A DNA stretch of 64,000 nt from Chiloscyllium plagiosum (GCF_004010195.1 NC_057757.1:4522807-4586806); one strand, 5' to 3'; shown: positions 12,714 to 26,475, counted from the stretch's first letter. Translations and numbers: made by a program. The notes: a model not told the origin generated them from the sequence alone.

Positions 12714-13634
12714 CTATGAAAATTCAGCAAAAGAAAAGCACATTAAAAATATTGCAAGCGCATTTAATTTATTCAATATTTCTTTAGTTTGATGCTTGGA
12801 GCACCTGGCATTGCCTGGGTACAGTCCTGTCCACAAAAGACAAAACAAATCCAACATCAGTCTACTCTCAAATCAAAATAATGGAAGGCATTGTCAGCAG
12901 GGTTACCAAGCAGTTCTTGACAAAACACAATGATGTTCACCAAGCCCACTCAGTTCCTGACCTCATTACAGCTTTGGTCTAAACATGGACAAAAAAAAAA
13001 GGTGAATTCCAGAGTTGAGGTAAGATGACTGGCCTCGACATCAAGGTGGCATTTGACAAAGTATGGTACTGAAGCGACTGAACAAAACCAAAGTCAATAG
13101 GAATCACGGGGAAAAATAAATTACTTCTGGTTGGAGTTATTACTGATGTATTGAGGTCAATCATCTCAACCACAGGACATCACTGCAAGAGTCTAAGGTA
13201 GTATGCTAGTCCATCTTCAACAGTCCCATCAATAACTTTCCTTCCAGCATTTGGTCATAGGTTGGACATTTGCTAACAAGCGCACTGATAAATTTATTCA
13301 GAATAGTCAGCATGGCTTTATGCGGGTGAGTTCTTGTCTCACAAATTGAATCTACAGGGACTTGACCAAACCATTTGACAAGGTCCCTCATGGTAGGCTG
13401 GTTCAGTCACATGGGATACACGGTGAGTTGGCAAGTTGGAAAAGGTGGCTTGGTCATAGCAGACAGGTAGCAGCTGTGGAGGGTGCTTTTCTGACTGAAG
13501 GTCTGTGACCAGTGGTGCTCTGGAAGGATCAGTGCTGGGATCTGTTTGTAATAAGTAATAGGCTTTAGGTGAAAAAAATGTGATGGCCCAACTAGTAAAC
13601 TTGCACTGAAAATTGGTAGAGTTGTGGATAGTAA

Positions 13635-14098
13635 TTCAAAGTTTGGGTGAAGATTTGTAGCTCGGGTGCTCGTTGCTGTGGTTCTGTTCGCCGAGCTGGA
13701 AGTTTTTGTTGCAAACGTTTCGTCCCCTGTCTAGGTGACATCCTCAGTGCTTGGGAGCCTCCTGTGAAGCACTTCTGTGGTGTTTCCTCCAGCATTTATA
13801 GTGGCCTGTCCCTGCCGCTTCCGGTTGTCAGTTTCAGCTGTCCGCTGTAGTGGCCAGTATATTGGGTCCAGGTCGATGTGTTTGTTGATGGAGTTTGTGG
13901 ATGAGTGCCATGCCTCTAGGAATTCCCTGGCTGTTCTTTGTTTCGCTTGCCCTATAATGGTAGTGTTGTCCCAATCAAATTCATGTTGCTTGTCGTCTGC
14001 GTGTGTGGCTACTAGGGATAGCTGGTCGTGTCGTTTCGTGGCTAGTTGATGTTCGTGGATGCGGATCGTTAGCTGTCTTCCTATTTGTCCTATAAGGA
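13635..14098 (-). mobile_element. Penelope-like element, GIY-YIG endonuclease C-terminus plus pLTR, inserted in CR1
   Basis: IGQIGRQLTIRIHEHQ...HEFDWDNTTII...REFLEAWHS in ORF 13731-14126; flanked by duplicated GGATAGTAA. Confidence 0.85.
13711..13750 (-). ncRNA. Minimal hammerhead ribozyme motif
   Basis: Minus strand GCA-CTGAGGA-T-GTCACCTAGACAGGGGAC-GAAA-CGTT-TGC. Confidence 0.65.
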
Positions 14099-16607
14099 TA
14101 GTGGGGATAGTAAGGAAGGTTATCAACCAATACAGCAGAATATAGGCCAGTTAGAAAGTGGTCAAAGAAATGGTAGATGGAGTTTAATCCAGCCAAATGT
14201 GTGGTCGTACATTTTGAGCAGTCAAATGCAAGAGGAAAGCATACAGCAAATGGCAGGACCTTTAGGAGCACTGACAAAGATCTTTGTATCCTCTCTAGCC
14301 ACTGGAGAGGCCCCAGAGGACTGACAAGTAGCTAATGTTGTTCCTCTGTTCAAGAAGGGGAAATAGGGATCATTCAAGAAATTGTAGACCAGTGACGGGA
14401 AGCTATTGGAAGGATTCTTAGGGATGGGATTTAAACGCATTTGGAAAAGAATTGCCTAATTAGGGACACTCAGCATGGCTTTGTGCAGGACAGTTCATAT
14501 CTTACTAACGTGATTGATTTGTTTGCGGTGATTGATAAGGATAGAGCAGTGCATGTTGTTTACATGGATTTTAGTAAGAGTTTTGACAAGGTACCTCGTG
14601 GTAGGCTCAGGGAGAAAATTGAGATGCGTGGGATCTGAGGCGACTCGGCCGGGTGGATTCAGAATTGGCTTGCCCACAGAAGACAGAGGGGAGTGTTGGA
14701 AGGCTGTTTTTCAGGCTGGAGGTCTATGACAAGAAGCTTTACGAAGGGATCCACACTGGGACCTCTGCCATTTGTGATTTTTATAAATGACTTGCATGAA
14801 AATGTAGATGGGTGGATTAGTAAGTTTGTTGATGACAAAAATCGGAGGTGTTGTGGATACAGTAGCTTGTCAAAGAATAGAATGGGACATAGGTTAGTTG
14901 AAGAGATGGGCGGAGAAATAGCAAATGGATTTCAATCCAGGCAAGCATGAGGTGTTGAGACTCAGTGATCAAATGTTAAGGGAACATTAAATGGCAACAC
15001 CCTTAACAGCAATGATGTACAGAGGGATCTTGGGGTCCTAATCCATAGCTCCCTGAAAATGGCCACAAAAGTAGACTGGACGATAAAGAAGGCACATGCC
15101 ATGCTTCCTTTTATTGCTTGGGGCATCAAATACAAGAGTCAGGATGTGATGTTGCAGCTTTATAAAAGTTTGTTTAGGTCACACTGAGTATTGGTGATCA
15201 TTGGTGGACACCACACTACAGGAAGGATGTGGAGGCTTTTGAGAGGGTGCAGAAGACTACTATTACCAGGCTCTACCTGGATTAGAAGGTATGAGCTGCA
15301 AGGAGAGGCTGGACAAACTGGGCTTGTTTTCTCTGGAGTGGCAGAGGCAGAGGGACACCTGATAGAAGTTCATAAACCTTTGAGAGGCATAGACATGGTT
15401 GACATGTCAATCTTTTCCCAACATTGAAACATCAAATACTAGAAGGCATGCATTAAAGGTAAGGATAGGTGTGCGCGCGGGGTGGGGGGGATAAAAAAGA
15501 GTTCAAAGGAGCTATGAGGGGCAAGACTTTTGCTTTTTAAAACACAGTGGTAGGTGCCTGGAACACAGTGCCAGGGGTAGGAATGGAGGCAGATACATTA
15601 GGGGTGGTCAAGGTGCCTTTGGATAAACACATGAATAAGGAAGGAATGGAGGGATATTGACCACAGGCAGGCAGAAGGGATTAGTTTAACTTGCCGTCAT
15701 ATTCTGCACAATATTGTGGGCCAAATGGCCTGTTCCTGTGTTATATTGTTCTACGTTCTATGTACAGAGACACCTTGGCGTGCAAGTCCATAGCCTCTTG
15801 AAAGTGGCAGTAAAGTCAAGACAATGCATAGGTCATGGAAATGATTACAAAATTTGGCAACTCGTGTGGCAACTATAGTTCAGCCACATTTGGAGTATTC
15901 TGTGCAGTTCTGGCCTCCACGCTATTGGAAGGATGTACAGGCTTTGGAGAGGGTGCAAGAGAGGTTTACCAGGATGATGTCTGGATTGGTGTGTAGTAGC
16001 TGTAAGGAGAAGTTGGACAAACTTGAACTGTTTTTGCAAGAGATTCAGAGGCTGAAGGGTGATCTGATGGGATATAAAATTGAGAGGCTAATGGAAGGCC
16101 ACTCATCGGATAATTGGGAGTCTTTTTCCAAGGGTGGAAATGTCAAATCTAAGGGGACATAGGTTTAAGGGAAGAGGAATAAAAGTTTAAAGGAGATGTG
16201 CAAGGCAAGTGTTTATTTCAAAAATAGAGGTGCCTGGAATGCATTGCCAGGGTAAGTGGCAGTAGCATGTATGATAGCAGAAATGATAGTTTAAGAGTCA
16301 GATGTGTACAGGCTGGGAATAAAGGGACATGGCTCATGTGCAGGCACATGGGATGAGTTTGGAATGGTCAGTGCTGAAATGGCATGCTAAAGGGCCTGGT
16401 CCTGTGCTGACTGTTCCATGTTCTATTAAAAGCCCTTCCTGACACCAAACATGCCGCTTGGGCACAAAACTCCTTTTCAAATGTACAATCACAGGAAGTA
16501 TTATAATTTCTATTTTTGAGATCCTATTAATCAGTAATGTTCATCATATATAGTTAAAAATCATGCAACACCAAGTTATAGTTGAACAGATTTATTTGAA
16601 AGTATAA

Positions 16608-16908
16608 GGGCGGCATGGTGGCACAGTGGTTAGCACTGCTGCCTCACAGCACCAGAGACCCGGGTTCAATTCCCGCCTCAGGCGACTGACTGTGGAGTTT
16701 GCACGTTCTCCCCGTGTCTGCGTGGGTTTCCTCTGGGTGCTCCGGTTTCCTCCCACAGTCCAAAGATGTGCAGGTCAGGTAAATTGGCTATGCTAAATTG
16801 CCCGTACTGTTAGGTAAGGGGTAAATGTAGGGGTAAAGGTGGGTAGCGGGTCGGTGTGGACTTGTTGGGCCGAAGGGCCTGTTTCCACACTGTAAGTAAT
16901 CTAATCTA
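16608..16908 (+). mobile_element. HE1-type tRNA-derived SINE, full length, inserted into a Penelope pLTR
   Basis: A-box-like TGGCACAGTGG, B-box GGTTCAATTCC, conserved central domain, CR1-like tail GGGCCGAAGGGCCTGTTTCCACACTGTA, (AATCT)n end, short TSD ATAAG. Confidence 0.9.
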
Positions 16909-17112
16909 ATAAGCTTTTGGGGCGCTGCTCCTTCATTAGGTAGCTAAAAGCACCAAGGAAGTTTGAAAAAAATACTTACCTTGCACATCTCCTTTAAAGT
17001 TTTCTCCTATTACTTTAAATCTATGCCCCCCCTCAGTATTTAACATTTCCACCCTCGGGAAAAAAACTTCCAGACTCCGAAAGCCTGTACTTCCTGTCAG
17101 ACTTTAACATGA

Positions 17113-17325
17113 TTGTTGTGGTTCTGTTCGCCGAGCTGGGAATTTGTGTTGCAGACGTTTCGTCCCCTGTCTAGGTGACATCCTCAGTGCTTGGGAGCCT
17201 CCTGTGAAGCGCTTCTGTGTTGTTTCCTCCGGCATTTATAAACGTCTGCAACACAAATTCCCAGCTCGGCGAACAGAACCACAACAACGAGCACCCGAGC
17301 TACAAATCTACTCACAAACTTTGAA
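17113..17325. mobile_element. Palindromic Penelope pLTR-derived element with hammerhead motif (17151-17190, - strand)
   Basis: Inverted arms TTGTGGTTCTGTTCGCCGAGCTGGGAATTTGTGTTGCAGACG / CGTCTGCAACACAAATTCCCAGCTCGGCGAACAGAACCACAA; minus strand GCA-CTGAGGA...GAAA-CGTC-TGC. Confidence 0.75.
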
Positions 17326-17940
17326 CTATAACTTGGTGTTGTGTGATTTTTAACTTTGTCCATCCCAGGCCAACACCGGCACCTCCGCATCATCATAAAT
17401 AGGAAACTACACATACAAAATGAAGCATCAGTGTCAGGTAGATGCCATGACATTTTTCTTTATGAGAAAGCCCTACTCAAAAGAGAGGTAACAATAAATT
17501 GCAACTCCATTTTCTAACCAGCACAAAAATGAATTTCATTAATGCAATGCCTGAAGTCGTCTTGTTTTTAAATAGGAAAAGTGGTTCAGAAGAGAATTGC
17601 ATTTTGATATTTGACACTGATCACTGTTTCTATCCACCTGCCGTGTCCTCCCTCTACGCCCATACAATAAATCAAATGCATGTGTTAAAATGAAACCACA
17701 AGCACTATTGTAGGCCTAATATGAAAATTATTTTTTTCTTTCCAAATCTACCTAAAAGAGAATTGAGTGAATGGATTGTCTAAGCTCAAGACAGTGATGA
17801 ACAAAAGGCACTTTGATGGTGTTCTGACAAAACATGGCATGAGCATGCTCTCATTAAGTTAACTGATCGTCCATGTAATCCCAAAGTAGTGGAACACTAC
17901 TGTTAAAATCCTTGACAATACATTTTGATAAAGTGACTAA

Positions 17941-18154
17941 AATTATGTTATTTGTTCTGGAAAATGTTCTTTTTACTTATTACTTATCGTATAACATTTG
18001 AGACATTAGTAGCTAAAAATCTGATTTGAGGCAGCAGTGCTAACCACTGTGCCACCGTGCTGCCCACAATTATGTTATTTGTTCTGGAAAATGTTCTTTT
18101 TACTTATTACTTATCGTATAACATTTGAGACATTAGTAGCTAAAAATCTGATTT
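17941..18154. repeat. 87-bp direct repeat flanking a 40-bp SINE head
   Basis: 17941-18027 = 18068-18154; 18028-18067 is the 5' end of an HE1 SINE on -. Confidence 0.9.
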
Positions 18155-19365
18155 ACTGGTAATACACAAACAGCCTTGAGCGTTCAAGCCCATTTCCCAG
18201 TAAATATGGAAAAATGCCAGAGAACTCCAGGTCCCTTCAGGTAAATGCAGCACATCAGGGTAAAGTATAAAGTTACCTATACTTATATCTATATTTAAAG
18301 GCTGGTTTTGGATTATTGTAAAAGTACTATAGAAAAGATGTTCTGAAATTTAAAAGGGTTCAGTCTTAGGGCAAATTCTTGATTCATTTTTATTTTAAAA
18401 GAAAGAAGAATAGAACATCTAGAAATTGAAAATATAATAAGTAAGCTAGAATGATTTTCTTTTGCATAACCAACCATAATGATTTGTGAACAATGAAACA
18501 CAAGTCAAAAATACATCAGATTTCCTCAAACAACTTACCAGCTGAAAATACATAGGATTGTACCCTCATTGTGCTTACTTTTTAGGCATACACAAGGGCA
18601 GCCCATTGACTTTTCTGTGCTAGCTCTCTCCAAGAACAATTCCATCAATCATACTTCTCCACCTTTTCTCAATAAGCCAAACATTTTATTTTCTAATGAT
18701 TACTCAATTTCCTTATGGAAGTCATTACTGAATCTATTTCCACCACACTCCTTAGACAGTACCTGCAACTTCTATTCACTAAAAGAACAAGGGTAGCATA
18801 AGAAAGGGATCAACCTGTACTCTCCCTCTAAGCCACAATCATCCTGACCAGTACATGGTATATGTTTATACAAACTGCAGTAGTTTGAGAAAATGGCACA
18901 ACACCACTTTCCCAAGGGTATCCCACGAAAAGAATTGTATTTTAATATGGAGGAAAATGGTAGTGAGGCCAAAAGGGGTTCAGACAATCTGAAGATCAGG
19001 AAACAGGATTATACCAAGCTTTTGTCAATAAAAATGTCAAACCAAAATACATTACAGTGAGTGTCTGCTCAGGAGCAATAATAAATAATTACTTATAACA
19101 ATCCAGTATAAAAAGCCTTAACAGTTCGGGAGAAGAGAGCCATATTGGAGTTGAAACATTACTCAGTTTCTCTCTTCACAAATGCTGCCACAGAGTTTCT
19201 CCAGCACTTCAATTTTAAATTGATTCCCAGCATCTGCATTATTTCACTTATTACCATCGATTGTGCTCTCGTTTAATTTATCAACATAGTGCATAAACAT
19301 GGAACTTGCTCAACCTAGTCTGTGTAACAAAGATGCGAGATGACATATCAGGGCTGGATACAAAA

Positions 19366-19478
19366 CAGAAGGAAACACAAGCTCCATTGTTTCCTCATTG
19401 GATTCCAAATTCTTGGTTGGCACATCTGCAGCTTTCATTTCAATATCTTCTCCATCTTTGTGATCAGGATAACTCCCT
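19366..19478 (-). pseudogene. ZNF622: ZNF622 coding exon 4
   Basis: cctacatag|(R)GSYPDHKDGEDIEMKAADVPTKNLESNEETMELVFPS(G); 113 nt; expected donor reads TT instead of GT. Confidence 0.88.
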
Positions 19479-20774
19479 CTATGTAGGCATAGAAGCAAAA
19501 TAAAAAATGTCAGCAAACAGATTTAAAGTAGTTTCTTGTACTGGAATATGTAAGGGTGGTCCATGTTTGAAAGACACAAAATGGTTGACAAGAGTTAAAT
19601 AAAATGAGACAGCCTGCTCCAGCATTAAGACACAAAATGGCTGACACGAGATAAACAGGATACACAGCCTATAAATAACAACTACTAATCTTTCTACTTT
19701 GCTTATAAAATAAAAAAGATATGGCCAGAAAGCAGATATTTACAGGGAAATTTATTCATCTTGCTATTTACCAACGCCTTTCAAGCCCATTTATCCTATT
19801 TTGATTTCTATAGTGTCTACACTCTGAGTCTGTTTGACAGGTGACAAGGTGGGAAATTGTGATTTAGGCTTTCACTGATTATGTTTTATCAGACTTCTTT
19901 GACACTATGTGGCCCAACAGTTAGAAGGAGAACACGTTTAAACAGAAATCATGAAGTGCGTGAAAACAGAGCTTGCTGTTTGGGAATAGGAAAACAAAAT
20001 ACATCCGAGACACAGAAATCCAAACCAAGACAAAGAAAACCCTTAGCACCGAGGTCACCATTGGCTTCTCCAAGCAAATTGCATCTTTTCTTTTCCTCAT
20101 CACAAGCATTAACATGTTCAAGGGGCTCGCAGAGGGCAAAAAAAAGGGTTGGCAATGAAACGGCAGTTGCAAAGACCTAAGGGCAAAGGGTGGGGTAACA
20201 GATGGAGGAAGGAGAGATAGTGTCTAAGAGCAATTAGCTGTTATAATGTTAGCAACCACAGGGAGCTGGAAAGGACATTGATGGGCATAAGGACATAAGA
20301 AACAGGAATAGGAATAGACCATACATGACCAATCAATCCTGTACTACTTTCCAAATAGATTGTGGCTGCTCGTGTTTCAATCCATTCCACTCTGCTCCCC
20401 TCTCTCTGGATTTAGAGACATAAATCAATCCATATCAAACATATGCAATGTTGCTGCATCCACAGCACTTCAGAGTAAAGAATTTCAAAGAACCACAACC
20501 ATTTTAGGGAAGAAATTTCTCACTTCAATCCTATATCATCAGCCCCAATCCTAAAAGTGTCTCCCCTGGATGGAGGTTCCCCACCCATGGAAAACATCTT
20601 GGTTTCTGCTCTGTTAAGACCCATCATAATCTTAATCACTGCTAATTCTTCAAACCATAAGAACACAGACCCAATTTAATCAGCTTTTCTTCATAGCACA
20701 CAGTCTTTTGATCCCAGAAACCTAGTGAACCTTCACTGTACTGCCCCCAAAGCAGTTATATTGTTCCTTAAATA

Positions 20775-21823
20775 TGTCATAAAGCTGAGGTTCACCCACC
20801 CCCTCCCAGAAAACTGAAACCAAAATACCCAGAGGAGCACCTCACCTCAATCTGTTAAAAGGTGTGTGAAACGTGGCATACCCCTGCCTTTAACCACTTT
20901 TAGTAGTTAAATAAAAGAAATCCCTGACACTTGCTTTAAAATTAACAAGTAACAATTTATTTATCCAACTCTAACAGTGAACAAATTAATTGAACTACTA
21001 ACAAGCAGAATAAATCCTTTCTAACTATTTACGAATAAAGCAAGACTCTAATGGTATGTTGTTCCAATAAATACATGTTCCACGTACACAAAAGAAAGAA
21101 TTCAGTCTCTCGAAATTACGACCAGGTTATTTATATTTATTGGATTCCCTACAGTGTGGAAACAGGCCCTTCGGCCCAACCAGTCCATGTGGCTTCCAAA
21201 ATGTCCTGTGCCTTCTCCATTGATGCTTCAGTCAGAAATGCCTTCTGCATCAATTCTTTCTGTCAGGAATGTTAACTAGTTGTGCCGTTGGTACCACTGT
21301 TAGCGAGATGGTGCTTTCTCTACGACAGAGGAGGTTGAGAGAGCAGCGATTCTTGCTGGGGAGTTGAGGGCTGTTAGCTCTGCCAGATGGCAGGTAGCTC
21401 TAGGGTCTTTGTCCAACTGCCCCCTTCTTCGTACCCTTGATGACATTAATATTTCTCCACCAGAATTGTTGCTATGTTGTCGAAACCGTCAGACTTAAAT
21501 TAAACAGGTTTTGTTGGTATCTAAGTACCTGGTTCAAATTGATTGGCTAAATTCAAAATCCATTTGTTTTGGTAATAAAGAAACAGCTGCTTGGCCAGCT
21601 AACTGTCCAGTGTTTCAATACTAATGTTTCAATTCGGGTGCTGCGTACTTGCAAACTTTCAAGCTGCTACTCACAGACATCCAATTTAAATCTCCAAGCC
21701 AATAGAAAGCACTTGAACTTTTAAAGGGACCATGCAATGCTATCTCTCCCTCGCATTTTCCAAACACCAAATTTGTAACTTCTTGCCTTCCAATTCACAA
21801 GTATTCTACTCAATTTTATAACA
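20775..21823. mobile_element. Solo-LTR-like element inserted in an old CR1 fragment
   Basis: TG...CA ends with short inverted repeat TGTCATAAA / TTTATAACA, near-TSD AATA/AATG; CR1-like sequence on both sides. Confidence 0.55.
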
Positions 21824-22873
21824 AATGCAAAAGCCCAAACTGCATACAGCATTCCAGATGTCGTTTCATCAAAGACCTCTAAATTTGTCACAATACCTGC
21901 TTAATTATTGTACTTCAGTCCCCCTGCAAATAAAAGGCTAAACTTTTCAGGTGAACGGGGAGTCACAGCAGAAGCTGATGGGTGTATACCAAACTTCAGA
22001 AAGAAAAGATGATGAGTGACAAGATTCACAGAGCATGCATCAGTATGTTGAGAATTAAAGAGATGGAGAAACTAATTAAAAACCAATAAGAAGGCCAGGA
22101 ATCTGCCAAAACAGCTGAACAAATGGCCCTGAAGAAGAGATTCTCAAGATCCCGATGGGCAAAGCGAAATCAGTTTTTACAAGGCGTGCTTGATATGAGC
22201 AAAAGGAAACCCAGAGTTATGTTTGCCATACAGCTGATTGCTGAGTCAAGGGTGGTTTTGACAGAGGTAACTGATCAAAGTAATAGATATCCTTCAAGTT
22301 AGTTCTCCCAGTTCAGAAGAGCATAGATGGTGCAATAATGGAGAGGAAACAATGGACAAAGAGTCAAGGATGAGCTGGGGATGAGATCATTAAATCAGAT
22401 GAGAAAGCATGCCTGTTCAAAGACCAGTCCACAGCTTCCCAAAGTGGGGGCCATGAAAATTGAAATTCTGGGGTCCCAGGTTTTGAGGTAGCAGTGGCCA
22501 TCACGGAGATTCACTCCAGTTGTGACAGCAGTAATCTCACTAACAGGCCCAAGCTTCACAGCACCTCCTGCAATGCCCAGGACAATTTCCAAGCCTTGCT
22601 ATGTGGTCAAAAGTGGAAAAATTCTGGGAAGCATTGGGCTAGGCAGTTTACATTTGAGCGTGCAGTTCCAAGCAAACTAGTTATTAACCCATAAGCAAAT
22701 GCTCAAAGAGGTGGGGTTGACGGAAATATTGAAAAAACATGGATGGTGAGAGATAAAAGGCGATTAGGTTAAAGTGTCAAATATTAAACATTTTTAAAAT
22801 AGTGCCCAAGTTTCTACCAAAAGCAGGATTATTTCTCATATACATGCAATATGAAAAAGGCATTTTTTGTTAC

Positions 22874-23028
22874 CTAAAGTCATAGAAGTCTGCAAATTCA
22901 AGAGCAACATCTCCATCTGTGAAGCGTTTACAATGGCTGCTGTCAACCATATGAGCTCGGACAGCTTCAGTCGAGTAAAAGGACCGCCCTTTCTCATTGC
23001 ACCACAGGCAAACGTTTCCCAGACCAAC
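22874..23028 (-). pseudogene. ZNF622: ZNF622 coding exon 3
   Basis: VGLGNVCLWCNEKGRSFYSTEAVRAHMVDSSHCKRFTDGDVALEFADFYDF(R)|gtaac; the expected G-E codons and in-phase acceptor are missing. Confidence 0.9.
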
Positions 23029-23134
23029 CTTTGTAAGCATCACAAGCAGCTACTTCCATAATGCTGAATGAACCACATCCACAATCTTTTGGCATCTCAT
23101 CAAATTTAAGTTTTGAACCCAAACAGTTAAAAAT

Positions 23135-25035
23135 ACATAGAGCATTACAGCGCAGTACAGGCCCTTCAGCCCCCGATGTTGCATCACATCTGTGAAACCA
23201 ATAAGAAGCCCATCAATCCTACATTACTCCATTCTCGTCCATATGCCGCTTCAGTGACCATTTAAATGCTGTAAAGTTGATCAGTCTATTACTGTTTCAG
23301 GCAGTGCGTTCCACACTCATACTACTGAGTAAAGAAACTACCTCTCACCTCTGTCCGATATCCATCACCCCTCAATTTGAGAGTATGCCTCCTCATGCTA
23401 GTCATCACCATCCAAGGAAAAAAGGCTCTCCACCCAATCTAACCCTTCGATTATCTGATATGTCTCAATTAAGTCACCTCTCAACCTCCTTCTCTCCTAA
23501 CAAAAACAGCCTCAAGTTCCTCAACCTTTCCTCGTAAGATCTTCCATCTTTACCAGGCAACATTCTAGTAAATCTTCTCTGAACCCTTTCCAAAGCTTCC
23601 AAATTCTTCCTATAACGCAGTGACCAGAACTGCGCACAATACTCCAAGTGTGGCCGCACCACTGTTTTGTACAGCTGCAGCATGACCTCATGGTTCCGAA
23701 ACTCCATCCCTCTCCCAATGAAAGCTAACACATCATAAGCCTTCTTAACAGCCCCTAACAGTGGCAATTTTCAGGGATCTATGTACGTGGACACAGAGAT
23801 CTCTCTGCTCATTTACACTACCAAGAAACTTACCTTTAGCCCAGTACTCTGCATTCCTGTTACTCCTTCCAGAGTGAATCGCCTCACACCTTTCCGCATT
23901 AAACTCCATTTGCCACCTCTCAGCCCAGCTCTGCAGCTTACCTATATCCTTCTGTAACCTACAACTGTACCAACTGCAAATTTAACTAACTCATCCTTCT
24001 ATGCCCTCATCCAGGTCGTTTATAATGACAAACAGCAGTGGACCCAAAACAGATCCTTACCATTCACCACTAGTAACTGAACTTCTGGATGAACATTTCC
24101 CATCAACCACCACCCTCAACTAGCCAATTTCTGATCCAAACTGCTACATCACACTCAATCCCATGCCTCCGTAATTTGTGCAGTAGCCTACCATAGGGAA
24201 CCTTATGAAAACGTCTTACTGAAATCCATAAAAGCCACATCAACAGCGTTAACCTCATCCATCTGTATGAGCATCTTCTCAAAGAACTCAATAAGGTTTG
24301 TGAGGCACTACCTACCCTTCACAAAACTGTGTTGACTATCCCTAATCAACTTATTCCTATTGAGATGATTATACATCCTATCTCTCATCACCTTTTCCAA
24401 CAGTTTACTCACAACCAAAGTAAGGCTCCCTGGTCTGTGTCTACTCCCCAACTTAAACAAGGGAGCAACATTTGCTATCCTCCAATCTTCTGGCATTGTA
24501 GACAATGACTACAAAGATCAAAGCCAAAGGCTCGGCAATCTCCTTCCTGGCTTCCCAGAGAATCCTAGGATAAATCCCATCCGGCCCAGGAGATTTACCT
24601 ATTTTCACACTTTTCAGAATTTCCAACACTTCCTCCTTGTGAACCCCAATCCCATCTAGTCTAGTAGCCTGTTTCTCAGTATGCTCCTCAGCAACATTAT
24701 TTTTCATCAGTATTCACACTGGAAAAAGACATTCATTTAGCGCTTTTCCTATCTTCTCTGACTGCATTCACAACTTCCCACTACTGTCCTTGATTGGCCC
24801 TAACCTAACTCTAGTCATTCTTTTATCCCTTATATAGCTATAGAAAGCTTTAGGGCTTTCCCTGATCCTATCCGTCAACAACTTCTCATGTCCCCTCCTC
24901 ACTCGTCTTAGCTCTCTCTTTAGGTCTTTCCTGACTACCTTTTAACTCTCACTCGCCCTAACTGAGCCTTCGTATCTCATCCTAACATAAGCCTTCTTCT
25001 TCCTCTTGACAAGAGCTTTAACTTTCTTAGTAAAC
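23135..25035 (-). mobile_element. CR1-type LINE (ORF2 to 3' tail), 5'-truncated, in ZNF622 intron 2
   Basis: KSPGPDGIYPRIL, PEDWRIANVAPLFK, RDSQHSFV, YKTVVRPHLEYCAQFWS, LERVQRRFTRMLPG. Confidence 0.9.
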
Positions 25036-25744
25036 AACAGTTTACTAAGGAGTTTGTGCGTCTGTCATATGATCAATATTTTAAAATAGAGACAGAGTGT
25101 GGCGTGAACAGCAGTTTACTACAACTCCGAAATGCAAAACTAAACTAATTTAAGCATTGTCTTTTGACAGTCAATTTACTATGCATTAAAAATGATAGGT
25201 GGGTCATATTTCTCTGGCTATTATGTCCAACTGATGGTAGACTTAAATTTCTGAGTCTTCACTCATCCAAGCGATATGAAAGTGAGACCATCAGATTAAG
25301 GTATAGTCCCACTTCTCACTCAAGATCACTCACAACCAAATTCAGCCAGATTAATTTTCACCAAATTCTCAGTTGTGTGTCAAATATTAATACTTTTAGA
25401 AAATGTCAATGCTGTGTCCAGGAGTTTGTTTAGTGTTCTTTTATGCTAGCTCTGCTTGGCAGTTCTCCATAGCAACACAGCTGGGGAAGGAATGTTAGTT
25501 ACACAGTGAGAGGTAAAAGATCAAAGGATCCCTGTTTCACTAGGTCTGAATCACTGTATATGAAGATTCAACGCAGCAAGACGACCACCCTTTCAGATGA
25601 CTGGTTTTAATTGTCGCACTTATCAGACAATTTTCAGCAGCGACCCTATTTAATTTTCCTCTACAGTTTATGCCTTATTAAAAGCTAAGTGGATTAGTTT
25701 GTCATTAAGAACATTGTCAAAATGTACATTTCGTTCTTACTTAC

Positions 25745-25985
25745 CCAGGTACTTCATCAAACCCTTTAGATCCACTAAATATTCAATGTCAGGAATAAAA
25801 AAAACTGTGCGTCTTTGTCATATGATCAATACTTTTCAATAGAGATCGAGAGTGATGTGAACAAAATAAGCAGTCTGTTATTGGAATACTGCCAGGTGGA
25901 GAGTCTTCACTCAGCTTACCTGCTCGGCTCTCGTTTTTAAACTGTTCCTCCTCATCACAGGCAGAATCCACATCCTCCCATTCAC
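25745..25985 (-). pseudogene. ZNF622: ZNF622 coding exon 2
   Basis: ttctactag|(G)EWEDVDS...IPITDCLFCSHHSRSLLKSIDHMTKTHSFF, one extra T in a T8 run (25797-25804), then IPDIEYLVDLKGLMKYL(G)|gtaag. Confidence 0.92.
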
Positions 25986-26149
25986 CTAGTAGAAAAAGTG
26001 CAAAGTTGAAACTAAAGGCATTTTTAAACTTATAATACATGTAACAGTGTTCCATTTGATATAAATCTCTGTACAATGTATGAGTGCGAATATATTCAGA
26101 GCTGGCAACATTTTCTCAGTCAATCAAGTGGAGATCAATTTAACTAGGT

Positions 26150-26475
26150 CCCATTGTGCCCAGGAGTGCAGTAAAAATCTCCTACAACCTCTTTCGTCAG
26201 TCAGAAGATACAGAGGCCTGAACACGCACCAGCAGGTTCAGGAACAGCTTCTTCCCAGCTGTTATTAGACTGATGAATGGACTCTCTAACTTCAAATATT
26301 ACTGACCTTGCTAACAACGCTCTCACCTAGTGCACACCCTGTGCAATGTACCTTCCATTCCACTAAGCCTTTCTGATCTGTACATCTTTTGTTACTGTGA
26401 TCTTCCTGCAATGCTCAGAAACAAAGCTTTTCAGTGTAATTCAGCACATGTGACAATAAATCAATTAAATCAAAA
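26150..26475 (+). mobile_element. Rex1/Babar-like 3' fragment
   Basis: GCAGAAGATAC-like...ACCAGCAGGTTCAGGAACAGCTTCTTCCC...GACAATAAATCAATT; similar to 48245-48665. Confidence 0.55.

Larger units (their letters stand above)
13280..16425 (+). mobile_element. Several nested and degraded CR1-type LINE fragments
   Basis: QHGFV, YMDFSKSFDKVP, GSTLGPLPFVIFINDL, PHLEYSVQFW, LERVQERFTRM; tails at ~15760 and ~16425. Confidence 0.85.

Noticed and set aside
16608..16690. tRNA gene (A and B boxes)
   Set aside because: tRNA-derived SINE head continuing into SINE body and LINE-like tail.
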